A DNA stretch of 64,000 nucleotides from Patescibacteria group bacterium (GTDB taxonomy: Bacteria > Patescibacteriota > Patescibacteriia > UBA9934): NCBI GenBank assembly GCA_041666145.1, contig JBAYHK010000005.1:8921-72920 (forward strand). The letters run 5' to 3'. Positions 1 to 9,612 of the stretch are shown one piece after another. Below the pieces are notes generated by a model. It saw only the letters and a list, made by a program, of their open reading frames with translations, made no database searches and had not been told where the DNA came from. Made by a program: the position numbers and the translations under genes. Position 1 is the first letter of the stretch; each line of letters starts with the position of its first letter.

Positions 1-474
1 AACTCCCATAGCAACGTTCATTGTAAGCACGATGACCATCGCCGGAATTGCCAATCGGTCAGGAATGATGCTCGCACGCCAATCAAACATGAAAATCGGC
101 AAAAGGAGCATTGCAAGAATTCCGTTGCGAATAAAGAGCGCAATAACATCAGAAGCGTCTCGAGCGAAAAACGGAATACTCACGTCGCCAGAAAAAATCT
201 GCCATGCAAAACCAACAAATAAAATTCCCATCGCTATCTCAAGTGCAGGATACTGCCATGGAATAATCGACTTACACGCTCGACATTTTGCCTGAAGCAC
301 AATGTAGCTCACTAAAGGAAAATGATCTTTTGCATGCATTGGCCTTGCGCAAGTCACACATTTCCTCCTTCCAGCGGTAAAACGTAAACCATCAGGCGTG
401 CGAAGAAGAAATGTATTTACAAGCGCGCCACATGCAAGCCCAAGAACAAGAGCAATACCTAGAGGAATCAACAT
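1..474 (-). CDS. pilD: Prepilin peptidase (A24A), 3' end runs off the window
   Basis: Read by hand from ATG at 474: MLIPLGIALVLGLACGALVN...RRKCVTC...AKCRACK..IPWQYPALE...FMFDWRASIIPD; two CxxC pairs and the first catalytic Asp; next to pilin and pilM. Confidence 0.85.
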   Translation of the reverse strand, partial: MLIPLGIALVLGLACGALVNTFLLRTPDGLRFTAGRRKCVTCARPMHAKDHFPLVSYIVLQAKCRACKSIIPWQYPALEIAMGILFVGFAWQIFSGDVSIPFFARDASDVIALFIRNGILAMLLLPIFMFDWRASIIPDRLAIPAMVIVLTMNVAMGV

Positions 475-477
475 ATT

Positions 478-963
478 TTAAATAGCAGAACAGGCGCCCG
501 CAGAAAAACCATTCTCAGAAAGACAGTTCACACCTTTTGCAACCCCGAGCAAAGCGTTTCCACTTTCGAGTTCAAATTCAATACGAAATGCATCTTCTGA
601 CCCGCTATAACAATAGACATCATTAACATCGTTACAAGAAACTTTCTCTTTCAATCCCGCTGCTGGTGGAACGGTAACAAGACTTAAATACGGAGTTGGG
701 CCACTCACGGAACAAGGACCAGAAAAACCCTCCTGAGATAAACATGAGGTAAGCGCCTGACCAAGTGCAATAGGAACTTCAGCAGACGGATACGCACTGT
801 GATTTTGAAAATACATATCAACCGACATCTGAATCTCTCGTACATTTGCAAGACGTGTTACGTCACGCGTATGCGACCGCGCAGAAAGAACAGCGTAACC
901 AGAGATCAATCCAATGACTCCGATGATCGCACCCATAATGAGAAGCTCAGCGGTTCTTGTCAT
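478..963 (-). CDS. Type IV pilin-like protein
   Basis: MTRTAELLIMGAIIGVIG hydrophobic helix, then ARSHTRDVTRLANVREIQ..DMYF....AYP typical of CPR pilins; several Cys. Start trimmed to ATG 963. Confidence 0.75.
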   Translation of the reverse strand: MTRTAELLIMGAIIGVIGLISGYAVLSARSHTRDVTRLANVREIQMSVDMYFQNHSAYPSAEVPIALGQALTSCLSQEGFSGPCSVSGPTPYLSLVTVPPAAGLKEKVSCNDVNDVYCYSGSEDAFRIEFELESGNALLGVAKGVNCLSENGFSAGACSAI

Positions 964-1327
964 AAAAAATTTGCAAACGCGCCATAATATCGCGCGGACT
1001 ATGTTGTGTTGTAAGGAGTATATCATCGGCACCCGCCTCATAAAGCAAAGATCGCTGCTCATGAGAAAGCTTGTGACAAAGCGCAAGAATGCGCATGTTC
1101 TTTAATGCAGGATGTTTTCTCATCCTCCGAATGTCATCAACAAGGGAAGCAACAACATCTTCATCAAGCAAAAGTGCAAACGGTCGAAGCTGCAATGCCC
1201 GACGTTCAAATTCTGCAACATCTTGCAGACATACAATTTTCGCAAATCGCTCCCCGTATCGCTCATACATGCTCCGAATAACTACATGCGGAACAATACA
1301 AACAATCTGAGGACGCGAAGCGATCAT
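947..1327 (-). CDS. Degenerate response-regulator receiver domain protein
   Basis: ALLLD...LKNMRILAL...AGADDIL pattern of the CheY fold; no N-terminal acidic pair and no conserved Lys. Confidence 0.6.
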   Translation of the reverse strand: MIASRPQIVCIVPHVVIRSMYERYGERFAKIVCLQDVAEFERRALQLRPFALLLDEDVVASLVDDIRRMRKHPALKNMRILALCHKLSHEQRSLLYEAGADDILLTTQHSPRDIMARLQIFYDKNR

Positions 1328-1329
1328 AT

Positions 1330-2469
1330 TTATTTCTCTTTTTCAGGAACAACTCGCATTGCTAAACCAATAGCAACAGCAAATCGACTTCCAACTTCAT
1401 CTAAAACAGGTCGAGATGCCAACGGCGTTGCAATACGCGCCCAAGGATCACCAACATACACATTAACATCAAGCGCATTTGTCATTGCCTTATCAAATCC
1501 AGCAAGCTGCGCAGAACCACCAGTAAGAATAACCTTATTAATGAGCTTCGTCGCAACATGTGAATCTTCTTGCAAGTTCATATCAAGTGCATATTTTGCC
1601 TCATGCAACAACGGCTTAATCGCACTCACAAGTGCTGAAGGCATAACATCGCCATCATTAAGCACAATGTCTTTTTTCATAGCCTCCGCTTCTGACATTC
1701 CAATCCCCATTGCACTTGAAAATGCCGAGGTAACAGCATTACCGCCAGATTTAATACCGCGTGTTACATATGGAACACCACGCTCTGCAATAATAATATT
1801 CGTTCGTTCACCACCAACATCAACAATCATCGTTTTTGCACTATCTTTCCCAATCAAAGCACGCATAAGCGCAAACACTTCAGTTTCCAATGAAACCAGA
1901 TCAAGCTTTGCCATTTTGAATACTGCAATGTATTTCTCTACAAGCGCTTTTGGTGCCGCAGTTACCTGAACACGCACCGTCTTGCTACCAACCTCAGCCT
2001 TGGGTTCCGCAATATCTACCTTCCCATCTTGTTGCTTCTGCTCCTCTTTTGGCAGCATGTCCTTGTCAATAATATGCGAGTCGATAATCATTTCCGAAAT
2101 TGGAAGAGGCAATAACTTCGCAGTCTGCACCTCAACAATCGAACGAATATCTTCCTTTGCAGACTTTGGCATTGGAATGCTGATGATCGCATGAAACACG
2201 CTCGATGCTGGCAACGCGGCAACTGCTTTTCTCGCGTTCATGCCGCTCGTCTTCACAATATTCTGAATGATGTCTGCAAGGTGCTTCGGGTCGTCAACAG
2301 AGAGTACAGACACATCCCCTCCTGGAGCAATATCTGCGTATCCATACGTCACCAAACGAATCTTTCCTCCTTCTTGCATTAACTCGACAATCTTAAGACT
2401 CGTCGTCCCAATATCAACCCCGAGCAAGCCAGATGACGGCTCTTCTTTCTTCGTTCCAAAAAGAGACAT
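1330..2469 (-). CDS. pilM: Type IV pilus assembly protein PilM
   Basis: GVDIGTTSLKIVEL, VDVGG, ILTGGSA, FAVAIGLAMR actin-like motifs. Confidence 0.92.
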   Translation of the reverse strand: MSLFGTKKEEPSSGLLGVDIGTTSLKIVELMQEGGKIRLVTYGYADIAPGGDVSVLSVDDPKHLADIIQNIVKTSGMNARKAVAALPASSVFHAIISIPMPKSAKEDIRSIVEVQTAKLLPLPISEMIIDSHIIDKDMLPKEEQKQQDGKVDIAEPKAEVGSKTVRVQVTAAPKALVEKYIAVFKMAKLDLVSLETEVFALMRALIGKDSAKTMIVDVGGERTNIIIAERGVPYVTRGIKSGGNAVTSAFSSAMGIGMSEAEAMKKDIVLNDGDVMPSALVSAIKPLLHEAKYALDMNLQEDSHVATKLINKVILTGGSAQLAGFDKAMTNALDVNVYVGDPWARIATPLASRPVLDEVGSRFAVAIGLAMRVVPEKEK

Positions 2470-2512
2470 AGTGCAAAAAGTATAACATGACAGTTGCAAA
2501 TATAACCCGCTA

Positions 2513-2929
2513 TTACGCTGCATCTAACGAAGCATTTACCAATGAATCTGCATGCATATTCTGTTCACGAAAGACATGCGTAAATTTCACCGACCTAAAC
2601 TGCGTTCGAAGATTATGAACCTCTAAAAATCGCTTTGCGATTTCTGGATTCCTTACTCGATACTCTCCATTCAACTGTTTTACAGCAAGCTCTGAATCCA
2701 ATCGAACATCTACAAACTCATAACCAAATTCCTTTGCTTTCTGTAAACCAATAATGATGCCCGTATATTCCGCCTGATTGTTCGTATTCATCCCAATATA
2801 TTTCACAACCTCTGCAATGCATTCCCCCTCCGTTCCGTCATCATTGAGCGCAAAGAGGACAGCAGCACCAGCAGCCTTCCCTGGATTTCCCCTCGATCCT
2901 CCGTCTGCATACATTCGTACTGTCTTCAT
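2513..2929 (-). CDS. rnhA: Ribonuclease HI family protein
   Basis: YADGGSRGNPG, TNNQAEY, DSEL, N..AD. Confidence 0.92.
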   Translation of the reverse strand: MKTVRMYADGGSRGNPGKAAGAAVLFALNDDGTEGECIAEVVKYIGMNTNNQAEYTGIIIGLQKAKEFGYEFVDVRLDSELAVKQLNGEYRVRNPEIAKRFLEVHNLRTQFRSVKFTHVFREQNMHADSLVNASLDAA

Positions 2930-4626
2930 ATATGTTTTTGAATATCTACTATTTTACATTGAACCTCACGCCTCCCATTCCATACGTTTATTCCAGGCTC
3001 ATACGCAATATCAACTCGTGTTCCTACTGAAAATTCTTTCGCTCTATTTCCCAACCCAAATCCTACAAACTTTCGAGCCACGCCTTCTTCATCAAGAACC
3101 GTGAGTCGAAGATGCGATGCTGTTGTTCCCATTGTTTCTACCGTCATAACTGTTTCGCCGCGTACTGCAAACACTGGAGAACGATTCCCTTCCCCGAATG
3201 GCGCACAAGCTTCCAACGACTCAAGAAGATCAAGCGTCATCGCTGACGGCGCAACAACAGCATCTATCATCAAAGTCTGTACAACTCCAACATCCCCAAA
3301 AATCCCTTTTGCAAATTCATTTACTCTTTTCCTAAATAAATCGACCTGATCAAGGGTCTGTATTGTCAATCCGCAAGCTTGAGGATGACCTCCTTTTTTC
3401 AAAAATACATCACCACATGCATCCATCGCTTCAACAAGATGCAATCCACCGGCAGTTCGTCCGCTCCCAACATATCGACCATCTACCCGAGTCAAAACAA
3501 ATGCAGGACAACCAAAATCACCGACCAACTTTCCTGCAATCAATCCAACAATCCCCGGTAACCAATCGTCACTCGTCACCACAAGAACTTGATTCGCAGA
3601 AAGCATGTTGCGTGCAATCCCTTCTGCTTGTTTATATGACGCTCGAAAAATATTCTGACGTTCTCGATTCAGTCGCTCCAAAATAGTCGCTGCAGCCTCC
3701 GCCTCTCCAATTGATGTTGCCGCAATCGCATCAAATGCAAGTCGAGCACGAGAAAGTCGACCCGCTGCATTAAGTCGCGGACCAATACGAAATCCAATGG
3801 CTTGCGTATCAACTCCCCCAAGCTCAGTTCCAGACGCTGCAAGAATCGCTCGAATACCAGGCCGACGAGTCTTATTCAGAACTTTCAATCCAAAGTGCTC
3901 AAGCACACGATTCTCTCCAGTAAGCGGCATTACATCAGTAACCGTAGCAATCGCAACCAAATCCAACATCCATTTTTCATAACCATTAACAAAATCCGCA
4001 CCTCGCTTTCGAGCCTCGCAAATCAACGCTGAAGCAAATTTGAACGCAACACCAGTTCCACAAAGCGACCTGTTTGGATACGTCTCGCCTGGTGATGAAG
4101 GATGAAGAACAATCGCATGATTTGGAAAATGTTCACCAAGCTGATGGTGATCACAAACTATCGTTACAATCCCAGCATCATGCGCATGATCAAGTTCAAG
4201 ACCGTACGCAATGCCGCAATCAATCGTAACCAAAAGTTTCTTTTCTTCTGCAATAAATCTGTCGACGGTGTGCATGGCAACTCCATAACCATCACGCTCA
4301 CGATCTGGTAAAAACACCTCAACATTCAAAACATATTTCATCTGCTCTGCAATGTCCTTCAAGGCACCAAAAAGTAACGCAACTCCAGAAACACCGTCTG
4401 CATCATAATCACCGTGAATCACTATCGCGTCACCATGTTCCATTGCAAAGAACATTGCATCTACCGCCTGCTGCATTTGCGCAAAAAGAAACGGTGAATA
4501 CGTCCCCTTCTCCCAATCTGGAGACAAAAAATATTCTCGCTCTTCAGGCGGAATTCCACGATTTACCAAAAGCTGCGTCACGAGATCATCGTGGTTTCGC
4601 GGCGCAATGATCCATTCGCGTGGCAT
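2926..4626 (-). CDS. recJ: ssDNA exonuclease RecJ
   Basis: GDYDADG, TIDCG, DHH, PRLNAAGR, GGHPQACG. Confidence 0.95.
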   Translation of the reverse strand: MPREWIIAPRNHDDLVTQLLVNRGIPPEEREYFLSPDWEKGTYSPFLFAQMQQAVDAMFFAMEHGDAIVIHGDYDADGVSGVALLFGALKDIAEQMKYVLNVEVFLPDRERDGYGVAMHTVDRFIAEEKKLLVTIDCGIAYGLELDHAHDAGIVTIVCDHHQLGEHFPNHAIVLHPSSPGETYPNRSLCGTGVAFKFASALICEARKRGADFVNGYEKWMLDLVAIATVTDVMPLTGENRVLEHFGLKVLNKTRRPGIRAILAASGTELGGVDTQAIGFRIGPRLNAAGRLSRARLAFDAIAATSIGEAEAAATILERLNRERQNIFRASYKQAEGIARNMLSANQVLVVTSDDWLPGIVGLIAGKLVGDFGCPAFVLTRVDGRYVGSGRTAGGLHLVEAMDACGDVFLKKGGHPQACGLTIQTLDQVDLFRKRVNEFAKGIFGDVGVVQTLMIDAVVAPSAMTLDLLESLEACAPFGEGNRSPVFAVRGETVMTVETMGTTASHLRLTVLDEEGVARKFVGFGLGNRAKEFSVGTRVDIAYEPGINVWNGRREVQCKIVDIQKHI

Positions 4627-4627
4627 G

Positions 4628-4726
4628 CTAAAAACCAAACTGACCAAAACTCACAAGCATGGAAATCATGACCAACATGGCAATAACCATCCAAACCTTC
4701 TGTATTTTTTTTCTCTGTAAAGTCAT
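4628..4726 (-). CDS. Small basic/hydrophobic membrane peptide (32 aa)
   Basis: MTLQRKKIQKVWMVIAMLVMISMLVSFGQFGF; stop lies 1 nt before the recJ start. Confidence 0.5.
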   Translation of the reverse strand: MTLQRKKIQKVWMVIAMLVMISMLVSFGQFGF

Positions 4727-4779
4727 GCGCACAGGGTAACAACGTAAAAGCGTCCCGTCATGCCCAACTGGGGACGATA

Positions 4780-4809
4780 TTGATTTTTTTCTCTTATTAA
4801 AGCTAATAT
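4780..4809 (+). promoter_or_regulatory. Putative sigma70 promoter
   Basis: TTGATT-18-TAATAT upstream of ORF 4838. Confidence 0.5.
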
Positions 4810-4837
4810 CAGTCGCCACACAAAGGGAGAGAAATCA

Positions 4838-5467
4838 ATGGGCACAAAAGAAAAAAGGTTCGATCCTTCAAAATTCACTGTCGTCTTCGACAGAATAGAA
4901 CCAGGAATAGGAGAGATTGGGGTTTGTATCGCCGGAGAATGGGATCTCGGCAGTGAAAGCTTCGCCGTCCTCGACCACGAATTACTCACCTACACAAGAG
5001 CAAGTGACCAGTCACTAATCATACCGATTGACGACAAAAAGCTCGCAAAAGAGATTCTCACAATCGCAATCTCATTCTTCTTCATTTCCGAAGGAGACAT
5101 CGTCACAAGTAAAGAACAACCGATACGAACAGATATCGATGGAACAGAAATCTACACACTCAAGATTCCTGAGTATGGAAAAACCGAAGTGGAGTTCGCC
5201 GGCGCAATCGATATCGATGAGGTCATATACCAGCTGTGCTTCGCACGTCGCTCAAATCCTCTTGTCATCATCCTGGAAGTCACAGGAACAGATCCGATCG
5301 CATTCCGAGAAATAGATCTTAAGAACAGAGATCTTATCGAGGAGATCACTGAAGCCTTTCTTCTCGAAATGGGGATTGGAACTCCTGAGACGGAAGAGGA
5401 AGAGGAGTGCAAATCAAAGAAACCTGGCGTATCTGCATGGGTCCCGATCCTCGATCAAGAAAACTAA
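4838..5467 (+). CDS. Acidic hypothetical protein, possibly two DUF1292-like repeats
   Basis: 209 aa ORF with GGGAG upstream, own promoter and downstream hairpin; internal two-fold similarity. Confidence 0.7.
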   Translation: MGTKEKRFDPSKFTVVFDRIEPGIGEIGVCIAGEWDLGSESFAVLDHELLTYTRASDQSLIIPIDDKKLAKEILTIAISFFFISEGDIVTSKEQPIRTDIDGTEIYTLKIPEYGKTEVEFAGAIDIDEVIYQLCFARRSNPLVIILEVTGTDPIAFREIDLKNRDLIEEITEAFLLEMGIGTPETEEEEECKSKKPGVSAWVPILDQEN

Positions 5468-5481
5468 CGCAACGAACGAAA

Positions 5482-5504
5482 GAGCCGCTCCAAAAGAGCG
5501 GCTC
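5482..5504. terminator. Hairpin between convergent genes
   Basis: GAGCCGCTC-CAAAA-GAGCGGCTC perfect 9-bp stem. Confidence 0.65.
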
Positions 5505-5551
5505 AAAATGTTTATATACAATAAGCAAGGTAAACTTTTTTCGATTCATGA

Positions 5552-7360
5552 TTATCGCTTGAGTACTTTTAAATATGCTTCACTCGGAATCTCCACGCTT
5601 CCAACGCCCATTGCAAGCATTTTCTTCTTTCCTTTCTTCTGTTTTTCAAGCAGCTTCATCTTTCGTGTTGCGTCACCACCATAAAGTTTTGCCGTCACAT
5701 CTTTTCTCAACGCAGAAATACGCTCTCCAGCGACAACTTTTCCTCCAATAGTCGCCTGAAGCTTAATCACAAATTGCTGCTGAGGAATACTTTCCTTTAA
5801 AACTTCAAGAACTCGACGACCAACACGCTCAGCCTCGTCGCGATAAACAAGCATCGCAAATGCGTCGACAGGTTCATCCGCAACAAGAATGTCGAGCTTT
5901 ACAACATCAGCTTCTCTATACGTAAACACGTCATAACTCATGGACGCATAGCCACTTGAAGCACCTTTCAACTTATCATTAAAATCGACAATAATCGCAG
6001 AAAGCGGAAGCTCGTAATGCAATACAGCGCGGCCCTCAGAAAGATAATCTGTATTAACGTAAATACCTCGACGGTCTTGCGCTAACGACATGACGTTCCC
6101 AATAAACTCCGTTGGCGTAATCATGTCGACTCTTGCCCATGGCTCGTCAATATGATCAATAAAACTTGGGTCTGGAAGATCAAGAGCGCTTTTTACCACC
6201 GAATACTCAGGCTTTTCATTTACATAAACGTGATACGCCACGCTTGGGAGCGTTACCACAAGACCGATCGTAAATTCACGACTTAGCCGCTCTTTAAGAA
6301 TCTCCAAGTGGAGCATACCTAAAAATCCGCACCGGAATCCGTATCCAAGAGCTGGTGAGTGCTCAGGTTCAAATACAAGAGCGGAATCATTCAATTTCAA
6401 TCTATCCATCGCGTCACGCAACGCTCCGTACTCGTCACCTTGTGCTGGGAAGATTCCCGCAAACACCATGGGTCGAACCTCACGATACCCAGGCAATGCC
6501 TCGACATGATTCGTGATTGGCAAAACAGTCATGGTGTCACCCACTCGACATCCACGAATATCTTTCAAGCCAGTAACAACATATCCAATCTGTCCAGTCT
6601 CTAACTCGTCACGAGACGAAAACTTTGGCGTCAATGCACCAAGCTCGATAATCTCTCCATCTGCACCAGTCGCAAGCATCCGAATCTTGTCACGCCTCTT
6701 AAACACCCCATCCATAACTCGAACATACGCCACAACACCTTTATAGTCGTCATAAGACGAATCAAAAATCACAGCACGCGGCGCAGCATCAGCCTTCCCT
6801 TCTGGCGACGGAATAAGATCGATGACTCTATCAAGCAGCTCTCGCACACCCTCTCCTGTCTTTCCAGAAACAGCGAGAACATCTTCCGGAGCACATCCTA
6901 AAAGTTTCACGAGCTCCGCCTTTCGTGCTGGAACATCCGCAGCTGGAAGATCAATCTTGTTCAACACTGGAATAATCGCCAAATTTTCTTCCACTGCCAA
7001 ATACAAATTCGCAATCGTCTGAGCTTGAACTCCCTGCGTTGCGTCAACAAGCAGAATCGCTCCATTCACTGCAGCGAGCGAACGACTTACCTCGTAATTA
7101 AAATCGATATGACCAGGGGTATCGATGAGATTCAACGTGTACTCAACGTCACCCTTCTTCCAAATCATTCGAGCTGGAGCAAGCTTAATGGTTATTCCAC
7201 GTTCTCGCTCAATATCCATGGAATCCAAAAGCTGCTCCTTCATTAAGCGCTTGTCGACGGTTCCCGTAATCTCCAATAATCGATCTGAAAGCGTGGACTT
7301 TCCATGATCAATGTGGGCAATAATGCAGAAATTTCGAATGTTTTGTTGTAATACAGCCAT
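5552..7360 (-). CDS. lepA: Elongation factor 4 (LepA)
   Basis: IRNFCIIAHIDHGKSTL, ERERGITIK, GFRCGFLGMLH, RKDVTAKLYGGD. Confidence 0.98.
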   Translation of the reverse strand: MAVLQQNIRNFCIIAHIDHGKSTLSDRLLEITGTVDKRLMKEQLLDSMDIERERGITIKLAPARMIWKKGDVEYTLNLIDTPGHIDFNYEVSRSLAAVNGAILLVDATQGVQAQTIANLYLAVEENLAIIPVLNKIDLPAADVPARKAELVKLLGCAPEDVLAVSGKTGEGVRELLDRVIDLIPSPEGKADAAPRAVIFDSSYDDYKGVVAYVRVMDGVFKRRDKIRMLATGADGEIIELGALTPKFSSRDELETGQIGYVVTGLKDIRGCRVGDTMTVLPITNHVEALPGYREVRPMVFAGIFPAQGDEYGALRDAMDRLKLNDSALVFEPEHSPALGYGFRCGFLGMLHLEILKERLSREFTIGLVVTLPSVAYHVYVNEKPEYSVVKSALDLPDPSFIDHIDEPWARVDMITPTEFIGNVMSLAQDRRGIYVNTDYLSEGRAVLHYELPLSAIIVDFNDKLKGASSGYASMSYDVFTYREADVVKLDILVADEPVDAFAMLVYRDEAERVGRRVLEVLKESIPQQQFVIKLQATIGGKVVAGERISALRKDVTAKLYGGDATRKMKLLEKQKKGKKKMLAMGVGSVEIPSEAYLKVLKR

Positions 7361-7401
7361 AATCTGAAAGAAATCCTACTGTATTTTTACCAATCACGCA
7401 A

Positions 7402-7430
7402 TTGACTAAACATCCGTTTTCCGCTAATAT
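7402..7430 (+). promoter_or_regulatory. Putative sigma70 promoter
   Basis: TTGACT-17-TAATAT upstream of ORF 7500. Confidence 0.6.
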
Positions 7431-7499
7431 AAAACGTTTCTCGGCAAAAACACGAGAACAAAATTCAGAAAATTTTCACCACTTTATTCGAGGTTCATA

Positions 7500-8063
7500 A
7501 TGTTTGAAACACAAAGAAACTTAGAGTCCGACCTAGAAGACCTAGAAGACCTAGAAGACCTAGAAGACCTAGAAGACCTAGAACCGGATCCTATAAAAGA
7601 ACTGTACGCCGAACGGTTGCAGAAAGTTCGAGAGCTCCCGTTCTCCAACGTTCGAAAGCTCCTGTTCTCCGACGAGTTTACCCGCGATACTATCCCTAGA
7701 AAGATGCGGAATCTACCGCCACCACCCAGTAGAGAGATGGGGCTCATTGCGTGGACTGCGTATCGCGATGGACTCATCGAATTCGCGGAAGTACAGGGCT
7801 ATATCATCGGAAGACTCGTATCGCCTTCATGGAACACTCCCCTTGGTTTCGGGTTCGTAGCTGAAGGATATGTAGGAAAAAGAAAGATATCCTACATCGT
7901 TGGCAGACTGAAAAATAAGCTCGAACCGGAACCAGAATGTGGACAGCTCGTTCTTCTCACACGTGGATACGACAAATCTGAAGATCTACGAAAGACTAAC
8001 CAGCCCACCAGGCCTTACGAGCCAATCCCGAACTGGTTTGTAACCAAAGAGGAGGCTCGTTGA
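7500..8063 (+). CDS. Hypothetical protein with (DLE)6 repeat and a possible cold-shock/OB-like C-terminal part
   Basis: 187 aa ORF with GAGG upstream; GFGFV RNP1-like motif. Confidence 0.7.
   Translation: MFETQRNLESDLEDLEDLEDLEDLEDLEPDPIKELYAERLQKVRELPFSNVRKLLFSDEFTRDTIPRKMRNLPPPPSREMGLIAWTAYRDGLIEFAEVQGYIIGRLVSPSWNTPLGFGFVAEGYVGKRKISYIVGRLKNKLEPEPECGQLVLLTRGYDKSEDLRKTNQPTRPYEPIPNWFVTKEEAR
7530..7583 (+). repeat. Perfect 9-bp tandem repeat (GACCTAGAA)x6
   Basis: Read directly; in frame, encodes DLE x6. Confidence 0.95.
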
Positions 8064-8078
8064 ACACAAAAAAACACG

Positions 8079-8110
8079 ATCCCCTGTTGCCACGATCGGC
8101 CACGGGGGAT
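8079..8110. terminator. Hairpin between convergent genes
   Basis: ATCCCCTGTTGCC...GGCCACGGGGGAT followed by TTGCTTTT. Confidence 0.55.
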
Positions 8111-8116
8111 TTGCTT

Positions 8117-8689
8117 TTAAAAGCCCATTGTAAGATTCACCGCTTCCTTTGCTTGAACTGGAGTGAAGTTCACCGGAATCAGTCGACGTTCACCAGATCG
8201 ATCGTCGTACAAAACGTAACCATTTTTTAACCCAAATTCGTACACTTCTTTTGTCACCTTCACGTCTTGTAAGCAATACTCACGAATCTCATCTATCTTC
8301 CCCTCCTTCCACCAAGCAACTGCCTGAAGACCGTGACTCGATTTCCTCGTTCCAACCGTTGCCGCGGCAACATCATCAAGCTTTATTCGGTATCCTAATG
8401 ACTTTTCAATGTGTTGCAAAATGTCGAGCTGCTGAAGCTTGAGCAAATCTCCGGCGTAATAATTGTTTAAAACAGGCATGTCAAAACCGATTGAATTGTA
8501 TCCAATAATTCGGCCACCAACTTCAAGTTTTGCAAACATCTGCGGCAAATCTTTTTCTAAATACGACTCGTAGGTATCTGTTTCGTAGTAATACACGCCA
8601 ACAAGAGAAACTTTCAGTTTATCTGTAAAATACCCACCAACTTCCTCAAAAGTATTCTGTGTTTCAATGTCTAAAACAATATCGTTCAT
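8117..8689 (-). CDS. DEDD/RNase H-like 3'-5' exonuclease (YprB-like)
   Basis: LDIET, GYNSIGFD, YCLQDV. Confidence 0.8.
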   Translation of the reverse strand: MNDIVLDIETQNTFEEVGGYFTDKLKVSLVGVYYYETDTYESYLEKDLPQMFAKLEVGGRIIGYNSIGFDMPVLNNYYAGDLLKLQQLDILQHIEKSLGYRIKLDDVAAATVGTRKSSHGLQAVAWWKEGKIDEIREYCLQDVKVTKEVYEFGLKNGYVLYDDRSGERRLIPVNFTPVQAKEAVNLTMGF

Positions 8690-8749
8690 AAAAACATTTC
8701 ATCGCAAAAAGTATTCGCATCCTATCGAATATAACCGTCAACTTCCACC

Positions 8750-9610
8750 CTACCATCCACATCGAACAGCGATACCTGTTGGAAGTTCAAAGGCACGCAC
8801 CGATTCTTCCTTTAACGTAAGCTCAACAGACTGAATCTCTGTTTTCCAAGAAATCGAGGTGCGAAGAAGATTTTCAATCGAGAGTGCCGGAAATCCGAGT
8901 GAATACGCGTTGACAAGAAGCAACCCCGAATTCTTATTTAACAACTTTGCGCAATCAGTAAGCAATTCAGGAAGATGATCCTCGAACTGCCAAAGCTCTC
9001 CCTCTGGACCGCGTCCAAATGCGGGAGGATCCATAAAAATTGCATCATACATATTGCCTCTACGGATCTCTCTTGCAACAAACTTTTGAGCGTCGTCAAC
9101 AATCCAACGTATCGGCCTTTCTGAAAGTCCCGACAAGTCTGCGTTCTCTTTTCCCCATGTCACAACAGGCTTGCTTGCATCAAGATGCGTAACATCCGCG
9201 CCAACACTTGCAGCAACAAGCGTTGCCGCACCGGTATATCCAAACATATTCAAAACTTTCATTCCAGGCTTTACATTCTCTCGAATCCAAACCCAGTTAT
9301 TCGCCTGCTCAGGAAACAATCCCGTGTGCTTAAATGATGTTGGACGGATACGAAACGTCAAATCTTCCCAATGAATATTCCAAGACTCTGGAACTTTTTT
9401 ATTGATAGTCCATTCACCTTCTCTACCCTGCCGTTTATACGAGAGATGAGAGTCATTCCAAGCCTCTTCATTTTCTTTTTTCCAAAGCGCCTGCGGCTCG
9501 GGACGAATCATAATAACGTCACCAAAACGTTCACGTTTTTCAAATGCCCCAGAATCAAGAAGTGCAAACTCTCGCCACTCTGCACAAGATCGAACAAGAG
9601 GCAATGACAT
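8750..9610 (-). CDS. SAM-dependent methyltransferase (RlmI/RlmK-like)
   Basis: KHTGLFPEQ, VLNMFGYTG, MDPPAF. Confidence 0.85.
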   Translation of the reverse strand: MSLPLVRSCAEWREFALLDSGAFEKRERFGDVIMIRPEPQALWKKENEEAWNDSHLSYKRQGREGEWTINKKVPESWNIHWEDLTFRIRPTSFKHTGLFPEQANNWVWIRENVKPGMKVLNMFGYTGAATLVAASVGADVTHLDASKPVVTWGKENADLSGLSERPIRWIVDDAQKFVAREIRRGNMYDAIFMDPPAFGRGPEGELWQFEDHLPELLTDCAKLLNKNSGLLLVNAYSLGFPALSIENLLRTSISWKTEIQSVELTLKEESVRAFELPTGIAVRCGW

Positions 9611-9612
9611 AT

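Noticed and set aside
1112-1969. 285-aa plus-strand ORF and many similar antisense ORFs in the track
   Set aside because: They shadow well-supported opposite-strand genes and have no recognisable motifs
7530-7583. Possible CRISPR array
   Set aside because: 9-bp tandem units with no spacers, in frame inside a CDS
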